A DNA stretch of 51,453 nucleotides from Candidatus Hadarchaeota archaeon (GTDB taxonomy: Archaea > Hadarchaeota > Hadarchaeia > Hadarchaeales > Hadarchaeaceae): contig JBFMBF010000006.1 of assembly GCA_040755315.1 (NCBI GenBank), positions 1-51,453 on the forward strand, in the 5' to 3' direction. The first letter of the stretch is position 1. The number at the start of each line of letters is the position of its first letter. Positions 8,545 through 15,988 of the stretch are shown one piece after another. A program made the position numbers and the translations under genes. The notes beneath the pieces are model-generated. The model did no database searches and was not told where the DNA came from. It saw only the letters and a program-made list of their open reading frames with translations.

Positions 8545-9958
8545 GTACGTGTTTAGCTCTTTCGGTTGAGCGACCGAAAAATTTTTGGAAAGTTCTGCTG
8601 AAGTAAGATGGCTGGGTCCGGGGAGGTGGTTACAGGAGATGACAAATGACATGCCCGGACTGCGAGAAGCTCCAAAAAATAGTTGCGGAGCTGAAGAAGG
8701 AAGTGGAGGAGCTGAAGCGCCGTTTGGCGCTCCACGAGAACGCCAACACTCCGCCATCCCAGTGGAGATATCCAACACGCCAGAACGGTGGCCAGCGCAC
8801 GGGCAAGCGTTGCCCGGGCAGACCGAAAGGGCACGAGGGCACGACGAGGCCGGTCCCGAAGCCCGATGTGGTGGTAAAACCCGAGTGGAAAAAATGCCCG
8901 AAATGCGGCGCCCACCTCCGCAGGCCAAAGGTGGTAAAGCACCACATCGTCGAGGAGATCCCAGAACCATCTCCTGTGGTGGTGATCGACTTTCTGCAGT
9001 TCGAGGGAGATTGCACGGGTTGCGGCGCCCACGTCGTTGCGAGACACCCGGACTGCCCTCCCGAGGGGAGGTTCGGCAAGAACCTGCTGGTCCAGGTGTC
9101 GCTGTGGAAGTACGAGGGGCGGCTGCCCCACCGCAAAATCCGGGATATGCTGAAGTGGCAGTATGGGCTATCGGTCACCGCCGCTTCGATACTCGACATC
9201 ACCCGCCGGGTGAGCGAATGGCTGAAGCCGAGCTACGAGGAGGTTCGCCGGAGGGTAAGCGAGGCCAGCGTAGTCTATTCGGATTGGACTGGGATGAAGG
9301 TCGACGGCAGCAAGTGCTGGACATGGGATTTTGTCGCAAACACCGACGCGCTGATTGCGGTGCGGGAGAGCAAGGGAAAGAAGGTTTTGGATGAGATCCT
9401 CGGGAGAGATTTTACGGGCACCATTGTGTGCGACGGCGACAAAATTTTTCCAAACTTCACGCGCAGGCTCCAGCGGTGCTGGGCCCACCTGCTGAGGGGG
9501 GCGGATTGGCTCGCCGAGCACGTCGATGAGGCGAAGCCGCTCCAGAAGGCGTTACACGGGCTCTACGACGACCTCAAGGCTTCACTGGAGGACGACCCCC
9601 CACCGAGAAAGCGGGCGAAACTGGCGAAGAACGCCAAGCGGCGGCTGCGTTACTGGCTGAAGAAGCACTACAGAAGCGAGGAGACGAGGAAGTTCGTCGG
9701 AATGGTGCGCAGCGGGTCCGACAGCTGGTTCACCTTCGTCACCACGCCTGGAGTCGAGCCGACGAACAACCTAGCCGAGCGCGTCCTGAGGGAGCACGTG
9801 GTTCAAAGGAAAATCATTGGGACGCTCAGAAACGAGAAGGGCGCATCCATCTACGAAATCAACATGACGATGTTGGCAACGTGGAAACTGCGGGGGCTCG
9901 ACCCATCCCAAGCGCTGGCCGAAAGTCTAGCTAGTGCTTGGAAGAGCTAAACACGTAC
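8545..9958 (+). mobile_element. IS66-family insertion sequence (single-ORF, ISBst12-like), 1414 bp
   Basis: 17-bp perfect TIR GTACGTGTTTAGCTCTT at 8545-8561 and 9942-9958; 8-bp TSD GAAAAACA at 8537-8544 and 9959-9966. Confidence 0.95.
8646..9950 (+). CDS. IS66-family DDE transposase
   Basis: N-terminal coiled coil, Zn finger CPKCG/CTGCG, DWTG, CDG, QRCWAHLLR, PTNNLAERVLR. Confidence 0.95.
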   Translation: MTCPDCEKLQKIVAELKKEVEELKRRLALHENANTPPSQWRYPTRQNGGQRTGKRCPGRPKGHEGTTRPVPKPDVVVKPEWKKCPKCGAHLRRPKVVKHHIVEEIPEPSPVVVIDFLQFEGDCTGCGAHVVARHPDCPPEGRFGKNLLVQVSLWKYEGRLPHRKIRDMLKWQYGLSVTAASILDITRRVSEWLKPSYEEVRRRVSEASVVYSDWTGMKVDGSKCWTWDFVANTDALIAVRESKGKKVLDEILGRDFTGTIVCDGDKIFPNFTRRLQRCWAHLLRGADWLAEHVDEAKPLQKALHGLYDDLKASLEDDPPPRKRAKLAKNAKRRLRYWLKKHYRSEETRKFVGMVRSGSDSWFTFVTTPGVEPTNNLAERVLREHVVQRKIIGTLRNEKGASIYEINMTMLATWKLRGLDPSQALAESLASAWKS

Positions 9959-9989
9959 GAAAAACAGGGTGCCGAAAAACAATGGGCGC

Positions 9990-10274
9990 TCATCTGCCGA
10001 GCTTCAGGGTGTAAACCAGCACCCATAAAATCAGCCACATCACAAAGTGTGGCCAGAACCCCGTCATCAATACTTTCTTCTTTGAAAACTCAGCCACATT
10101 GATTTTGAGGTATTCCGGAGCCAGCCTGAAAGTGAGATAGAATAGAAGCAGCGCGACCCCGGCAGCCAAAAGTGAGTTGACCAAAACTCCCGAAATCACG
10201 CCAGCCACCGCTCCGGCCGCGGCAAACATCAGGACTACTTTTGTCTGTGCATCCAATCTCTCACCTTCAACCAC
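9990..10274 (-). CDS. Small 3-TM protein, archaeal EMC6-like
   Basis: Three hydrophobic segments ending G.W..F..W...W...YTL, which resembles archaeal EMC6-like proteins as I recall them. Confidence 0.6.
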   Translation of the reverse strand: MVEGERLDAQTKVVLMFAAAGAVAGVISGVLVNSLLAAGVALLLFYLTFRLAPEYLKINVAEFSKKKVLMTGFWPHFVMWLILWVLVYTLKLGR

Positions 10275-10435
10275 TATGCCCTGACCGCGCTGGTTTAAAA
10301 CGCTGCCGTCAGCTCTGACTCGTGCTGCTCCAGAAATTTAGCAAAAAATAACTTTTTCCGGCCCCTTGATAACTTCCAACTGGTGATAAAATCAAGCTGA
10401 AGGGAATCGCCCTGCTACTCGCCGTCCTGACCGGG

Positions 10436-11701
10436 GTGTCTCTGACGTCCGCCGGCGTGATTCAATACATCACGGCGCCCGTGTATACTCAGTATCCATT
10501 CCTCGGCTCTAGCGTCACTAGGGACAACATCTACGCCGAGATTGTAGAGGTGGCGCCGGAGGGTCTTGACAACCCGTCCATCAGCAACATCCCGGACGCC
10601 ATCTTGGGTTTGATAGAAAACGCACGGACCTCAATCGACATGGAAGTTTACACAATATACAAGTACACCAGCGGCCCTGTGGCCGACATCGTCAACGCCA
10701 TAAACCGGGCCGCATCTCGGGGGGTGAGGGTGAGAATTTTGATAGATAATGAGATCTACACGAAGCTGGCCACAGAGAGTCCATCGTCGCGCGCAATGCT
10801 CGACAACATGGACGCGCATGAAAACATTGAGTTAAGGCAGTCGGGGTGGCTCATGCATTCAAAAGTAGTCATTGCAGATAATGAGGCCGCCTGCGTGAGC
10901 AGCGCCAACATGAGCACCTCCGGCATGACGACCAGCCGCAACACAGGCGTAATCGTGAGGGGGGAAACGTTTGTCCGAGCGCTTGAGGCGGTTTTCGAGG
11001 CCGGGTGGACGGGCAACGAGAACCAGCCCGGGTTCGAGAACGGGTGGACGGTCGACTGGATAAAACCCGTCGTGACCCAGATTGGATCACTCAACTGGGT
11101 GCCGCAGACCCTCGATGTCATCCTGGACCTAGTAAACTCCGCCAGCAAAACCATCCGCATTCCAATGTACGTGATCTCGGGCTCCCCCTCGCAACTCACG
11201 AACACTGTGGAAAACGCGGGGGCGCGTGGGGTCGACGTGAAGATAATGGTGGACCGCGATTACAGCAACCTGTCGGAATACCCGGTACTCCTGAGGCTCG
11301 ACCAATCGCCTAACACTGAGGTTAAGTACGCGGGACTTTCGAATTACGGAGTCTACCACAGCAAGACTGCCGTGGCCGATGGGGCGAGGGCCTATGTGGG
11401 CAGTGCCAACTGGACAAGCACCTCCATGACCAGCCGACGCGAGATAGGCGTTTACTTCGAGGACGGCACATTGGCATCAGCAATAGAGAACATGTTTCAG
11501 TCTGACTGGGAGAGCAGGTACGCGAGGTGGATCACAGAGCCATCTAACCCGGCTTTTGCATTCTTAACAAACACCGCCATCATCTTCCTGGCGCTGCTTG
11601 GGGTTTTTGTCATTTTCCTACTCAAACAGAGAAAAAAACACGACCGCGCGAGAAAAAATTGGATTGCAGAGCTCTGGGCGTCGTCGGGGCACGAGGCGTG
11701 A
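10436..11701 (+). CDS. Phospholipase D family protein with two HKD motifs, membrane-anchored; true start probably ~10391-10397
   Basis: HSKVVIAD..SANMS and HSKTAVAD..GSANWT; C-terminal TM helix. Confidence 0.9.
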   Translation: MSLTSAGVIQYITAPVYTQYPFLGSSVTRDNIYAEIVEVAPEGLDNPSISNIPDAILGLIENARTSIDMEVYTIYKYTSGPVADIVNAINRAASRGVRVRILIDNEIYTKLATESPSSRAMLDNMDAHENIELRQSGWLMHSKVVIADNEAACVSSANMSTSGMTTSRNTGVIVRGETFVRALEAVFEAGWTGNENQPGFENGWTVDWIKPVVTQIGSLNWVPQTLDVILDLVNSASKTIRIPMYVISGSPSQLTNTVENAGARGVDVKIMVDRDYSNLSEYPVLLRLDQSPNTEVKYAGLSNYGVYHSKTAVADGARAYVGSANWTSTSMTSRREIGVYFEDGTLASAIENMFQSDWESRYARWITEPSNPAFAFLTNTAIIFLALLGVFVIFLLKQRKKHDRARKNWIAELWASSGHEA

Positions 11702-11729
11702 GGGGCTACACAAGAACGAAGGCGGTTGC

Positions 11730-12170
11730 ATGATTAAATTTGTAGCAGAAATCCGGAAGAAAGGAATAAACCCGTACGTGGACGTTCCCAAGAGGGTGAG
11801 CGAAAGTTTTGGGAGGAAAGGTTACGTCCCTGTGAAAGGGACTATCAACAGAACTTCCATCAGGGCTACTCTGGTCCCTGTTGGCTCTGGGAGACATGTA
11901 CTCTACGTCAACACTGAGATTAGAAAGAATGTGATGGTTGACGTGGGAGATAGTGTCGCAATCTCTCTGGGGCTGGACACTGAACCGAGAGTCGTGCCAA
12001 TGCCCGATGAGTTCAAACTGGCGTTGCCAAGAAACAAGAAAGCAAAAATGGCTTTCGATAAACTTCCTCCTTCACACCAAAGGGAATACCTGAACTACCT
12101 CAATTCACTGAAGACTCCTGAGTCGCTGAAAATAAACACCACCAAAGTAATCAAAAAACTCTTGGATTAG
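11730..12170 (+). CDS. DUF1905 / YdeI-OmpD-associated domain protein
   Basis: YVDVP..FG.KGYVPVKGTIN N-domain; PDEF..AL....A...FDKLPPSHQREY C-domain. Confidence 0.85.
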   Translation: MIKFVAEIRKKGINPYVDVPKRVSESFGRKGYVPVKGTINRTSIRATLVPVGSGRHVLYVNTEIRKNVMVDVGDSVAISLGLDTEPRVVPMPDEFKLALPRNKKAKMAFDKLPPSHQREYLNYLNSLKTPESLKINTTKVIKKLLD

Positions 12171-12213
12171 AACCTCTTTTTTACAAGGCAAAAATATTGT
12201 CGGCCATAAAGCG

Positions 12214-12301
12214 TGGAGCCGCCGGCGGGAATCGAACCCGCGACCTACGCCTTTTTGTGCGAGATACCAAGGCGTCGCTCTACCGACTGAGCCACGGCGG
12301 C
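12214..12301 (-). tRNA. tRNA-Thr(GGT) with 12-nt intron at 37/38 (12253-12264)
   Basis: GCCGCCG/CGGCGGC acceptor, GGTTCGATTCC T-loop, ACGCC-TT-GGT-A[TCTCGCACAAAA]A-GGCGT, encoded CCA; 76 nt after splicing. Confidence 0.93.
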
Positions 12302-12359
12302 CCAATTTAATTGTTGGACCACCTCTTTAATATCCGCAAGGGAGATTGGCAGGGAGTTC

Positions 12360-13145
12360 ATGAAGGTAGGCTTCATAGGCGCGGGGAAAATGGGGATTTC
12401 ACTCCTGAAGGGGATGCTGAAGTCAAGAGCTCTCGAGCCTTCTCAGGTGACCGTGAGCGAAACCGACCCAAAGAAGCTCAACGCCGCGCGCGCCCTGGGA
12501 ATAAAGGCTGCTCCGAGAAATGAAGCTCTGGTCAAAATTTCCGATGTGGTCTTTATCGCCGTGAAGCCAAACGATGTCGAAACCGTCCTCAAAGAGACAA
12601 AAGCCGTCTCAGGCGGGAAGCTCTTCATCTCAATCGCCGCCGGGGTCACGACCAAATTCATCGAGCAGAGGACTTCCGCGAGGGTAATCCGCGTGATGCC
12701 AAACATTGCCGGGGCCATCGGGGAGATGGCGGCTGGCTACTGCCCCGGGAGGTGCGCCAGGCCGTCCGACAATAAGTTGGTGGAGAAGCTGCTCGGGAGC
12801 ATCGGTGTCGTCTTCAAAGTGAAGGAGCCTCTTATGGACGCAGTAACTGGGCTGAGCGGCAGTGGCCCAGCCTATGTCGCCTATTTCATCAAAGCCATGG
12901 CGGAGGCTGGCGAAGAGCTGGGGCTACACGGCGCAATCTCTCTGGCCCTAGCGGCGCAGACCGTGAAGGGCACCGCTGAACTGGTGGGCCTGGGGGAACT
13001 GCCAGGCGAACTTATCCAGCGGGTCTGCACGCCCAAAGGAACTACAATTGAGGGGATGACGGTCCTGAATAAAAAGAAAGTCGACGACGCCATAAAGAAG
13101 GCCGTGAAGGCTTCGGCCGCCAGAGCAAAAGAGCTATCGAGGTAG
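12360..13145 (+). CDS. proC: Pyrroline-5-carboxylate reductase
   Basis: GFIGAGKMG, AVKP, RVMPN, TGLSGSGPAY, VCTPKGTT. Confidence 0.96.
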   Translation: MKVGFIGAGKMGISLLKGMLKSRALEPSQVTVSETDPKKLNAARALGIKAAPRNEALVKISDVVFIAVKPNDVETVLKETKAVSGGKLFISIAAGVTTKFIEQRTSARVIRVMPNIAGAIGEMAAGYCPGRCARPSDNKLVEKLLGSIGVVFKVKEPLMDAVTGLSGSGPAYVAYFIKAMAEAGEELGLHGAISLALAAQTVKGTAELVGLGELPGELIQRVCTPKGTTIEGMTVLNKKKVDDAIKKAVKASAARAKELSR

Positions 13146-13523
13146 CTCCTCCGGCGCACCCTCTTGAGTCTCCTGGGTCTCTACAAGCCTCTTCCTGATC
13201 TTGGCCGGAAGCTCCTTTGACTTCTCGTACGCGGCGTTGAGCTCTGAAACGGTTTTGTCGAGGACCGTGGCTGGCGGGGCCTCAATCTTTTTTCTCTTTG
13301 TCCTCTCGGCCTCGTAAACAACCTCCTCAAACCTGACCGTCTGGATGTCCCACAGGTAGTCGCCCAGCAGGGTCACCGCAACGAAAATCTTCTTGCTTTC
13401 CGGATCCTCAAAGTGCTTCTCGGCCAGCAGGATGGTGTATGAGGTGAACCAGCCATAGTCCTTATCCAGCGTCCCAAGGAACTTTGGGGCGTTGACGCTT
13501 TTTCCTATCAGTTCGATCTTCAT
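13134..13523 (-). CDS. Hypothetical protein (~129 aa)
   Basis: Open frame from MKIELIGK; the longer track ORF overlaps the tRNA, so the start was trimmed. Confidence 0.7.
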   Translation of the reverse strand: MKIELIGKSVNAPKFLGTLDKDYGWFTSYTILLAEKHFEDPESKKIFVAVTLLGDYLWDIQTVRFEEVVYEAERTKRKKIEAPPATVLDKTVSELNAAYEKSKELPAKIRKRLVETQETQEGAPEELPR

Positions 13524-13586
13524 GGACTCCGACAAACTCTTGTCGCTCGTTGATTTAAAGCGGGAGGTCATGGCGGAGAAATTTTG

Positions 13587-13758
13587 TGGTGCGGATGGGG
13601 GGATTTGAACCCCCGGCATTCGGATATCCGACCTAAGACTTCAGTTTTGTCCCCCAACGGTTAAATCCATCAGGGTCCGACACTTTTGGGTCGGGTGTAT
13701 CCCGATCTCCCATTTCAGTCCGGAGGCGTTGCCTTCCAGATGGCTGAGTTACATCCGC
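13587..13758 (-). tRNA. tRNA-Phe(GAA) interrupted by four BHB introns
   Basis: Removing introns 13741-13713, 13706-13685, 13676-13646 and 13638-13626 gives a canonical 77-nt cloverleaf: GCGGATG TA ACTC AGCCTGGGA GAGT G TCGGA CTGAAGA TCCGA ATGCC GGGGG TTCAAAT CCCCC CATCCGC ACCA. Confidence 0.92.
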
Positions 13759-13763
13759 ACCGT

Positions 13764-14421
13764 TTACTTTTCGTTGCTTGAATTTAAAGACTTCTTCCAT
13801 AACTCATGCTTTCGAAGATGCCGTGAATTAGAAAAACCTATTTCTTTCATCCATTTTTCTACCATTGCGCACCCGGACAATCTAACATAAATCTGGTGTT
13901 CCATGTTTTTTCTTTTCTTAGCTGTTTTCTGAAGTATACACTAAATCCTCTTTTTTCTAAAATCTTAGTTAGCTGTTCCGCCAACTTTACACTTGTCGTG
14001 GAAATTTGAATTGAAGGATAATACCTTCCACTTCTAGACTTGGCGAGCGAAAAACATCCATCTGTGTCAGCTATGCCGCGAATGCATCCCCTTAGAATAT
14101 TCCAAGAAATATAAAATTTTTTAGGTATAGTGACTTTTTTGCCTTTGCCTCTTCCGTAAGGCAGCCCCAATTTTTCTGTAAACAGCACGAAAACCTCTTT
14201 TGAACAAATCCTAAATTGTATTGAGCCGGTAATTTTTCTTTCACGAACATAGGGTTCCCTGTTAAATAGTTTTTGACTATTTTTTGGAAATGTTTGTAAT
14301 ATTCTTTGTCAAGTTCCGGATGACCGTTCAAATCTATTCTGTAGTGTCTGCTGTCTCTCCAAAGGTTTCCGTCCCTGATGACCGCACCGACTAATTCAGC
14401 AAGCGATTCAGATATTTTCAA
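13764..14421 (-). pseudogene. Double-motif LAGLIDADG endonuclease-like pseudogene (two frameshifts)
   Basis: Motif 1 LAELVGAVIRDG, motif 2 CIRGIADTDG, C-terminus ...KWMKEIGFSNSRHL in a third frame; shifts near 14272-14276 (A5 run) and ~13890-13940; AT-rich. Confidence 0.85.
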
Positions 14422-14471
14422 TTAAATCTAAAACTTGTAACTCGATTTTCAATTAGCCACTTTTGGGGAGA

Positions 14472-14489
14472 GAGGTCGACGAAAGTATT
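14472..14489. promoter_or_regulatory. Conserved motif GAGGT-N3-CGAAAGTATT, copy 1
   Basis: 15 fixed bases identical to the copies at 41154 and 47773. Confidence 0.6.
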
Positions 14490-14630
14490 GCTTATAAGTG
14501 CACGAATTCTTCATCAAACTAACTCCAAAGTGCCATTTGCGCCATATTATTTGTATAACAACTCCGAAAGTGATGTTTTAGAACCTCTAGCGGGGACACG
14601 GATTTAAGCCCGCCGACATTAGGTAAGCTG

Positions 14631-15980
14631 GTGAAAATGTCAGGATACCGCGGCAGGGCCCAGCGTCTTCTGGAATCAGCCTCCGTGAGCGTGGGTGACA
14701 AAATCCGAGTCGAAGGCTCTGACAAGGCTTACGAGGGAGTGCTGATGCCCCGAATAGAGCTCGGCGACGCGGATCATCTAGTGATAAAGCTGGCGAACGG
14801 CTACAACATCGGCGCGCGAGTAGACGAAAAAACCAAAATAACGCTCATTGAAAAGGGCTCGTCGCCAAAGCTGTCCGTTCCAAAACTCGAAATAGCTCGA
14901 GACACCAGCAAGCCGAACGTCACAATCATCGGGACGGGCGGCACCATCGCCAGCAGGGTCGACTACAGGACTGGCGCAGTCTATCCCGCTTTCACTGCTG
15001 AAGAGATTTACAGCGCCGTCCCTGAGGTCGCCGAGATAGCTAACATCAAGGTTGTCGAGGCCTGCAGCGTCTTCAGCGAGCACATGACGCCTGACCTCTG
15101 GGTGAAAATAGGGAAAACCGCCGCGAAGGAGATTAACGGTGGTGCAACTGGGGTCGTCATCGCCCACGGGACTGATACCATGGGCTACACCGCCGCCGCG
15201 CTCAGCTTCATGCTCAAAGGCTTGTTCCGTCCCGTCGTCATGGTCGGCTCCCAAAGATCGTCTGACAGGCCGAGCTCGGACGCGGCGACGAACCTCATCT
15301 CCGCGATAACTGTCGCCGCCAAGTCCGACATAGCCGAAGTTTCAGTGGTGATGCACGGGGGCACTGGGGATGACTTCTGCCTGGTCCACCGCGGGACCAA
15401 GGTCAGGAAATGCCACACCAGCCGCCGCGACGCTTTCCAGAGCATCAACGACATCCCGATAGCGATGGTTAAGGGGCGGGAGCTGAAGCTCCTCCGCGAT
15501 GACTACAACCGCGCAAGCTCCGGCGGAAAGGTGAAACTGGCTGGGAAATTCGAGCCCATGGTAGCTCTCCTGAAAGCGACGCCTGAGATGCCTTCAAGCG
15601 TAATATATGGAATGCTGGGGGCCGGAGACAAGGGGATAGTGCTGGAAGGGACGGGCCTCGGCCATGCCCCTGAGTCTCTCTTTGCTGGCATCAAACGCGC
15701 CATTGACAGCGGGGTGCCAGTTGTCATGACATCTCAATGCTTGTGGGGGCGGGTCAACATGAAGGTCTACTCCACCGGCCGGGATCTACTCAAGCTTGGC
15801 GTAATCCCTGGGGAAGACATGCTCCCGGAGGTTGCGTGGGTGAAGCTCATGTGGGCGCTGGGACAGGAAAAAGACAAGAAAAAAGTGGCGGAATTGATGA
15901 GGGAAAACCTGGCCGGGGAGATGACGCCGAGAACAAGAGTCGATGTTTTCATGAAGCCGTCCCTCTCTTGGAAAGGCTAG
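14631..15980 (+). CDS. gatD: Glu-tRNA(Gln) amidotransferase subunit D
   Basis: KLANGYNIG, GTGGTIASRVDYRTGAV, HGTDTM, GSQRSSDRPSSDA. Confidence 0.97.
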   Translation: MKMSGYRGRAQRLLESASVSVGDKIRVEGSDKAYEGVLMPRIELGDADHLVIKLANGYNIGARVDEKTKITLIEKGSSPKLSVPKLEIARDTSKPNVTIIGTGGTIASRVDYRTGAVYPAFTAEEIYSAVPEVAEIANIKVVEACSVFSEHMTPDLWVKIGKTAAKEINGGATGVVIAHGTDTMGYTAAALSFMLKGLFRPVVMVGSQRSSDRPSSDAATNLISAITVAAKSDIAEVSVVMHGGTGDDFCLVHRGTKVRKCHTSRRDAFQSINDIPIAMVKGRELKLLRDDYNRASSGGKVKLAGKFEPMVALLKATPEMPSSVIYGMLGAGDKGIVLEGTGLGHAPESLFAGIKRAIDSGVPVVMTSQCLWGRVNMKVYSTGRDLLKLGVIPGEDMLPEVAWVKLMWALGQEKDKKKVAELMRENLAGEMTPRTRVDVFMKPSLSWKG

Positions 15981-15988
15981 GTGTTTTG

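Noticed and set aside
13646..13676. C/D-box guide RNA inside the tRNA intron, as in tRNA-Trp
   Set aside because: The TGATG and CTGA words are explained by intron hairpin pairing and the anticodon exon; the intron is too short
13764..14421. Programmed frameshifting of the LAGLIDADG gene
   Set aside because: Two independent shifts plus a damaged motif 1 fit decay better; sequencing error is not excluded
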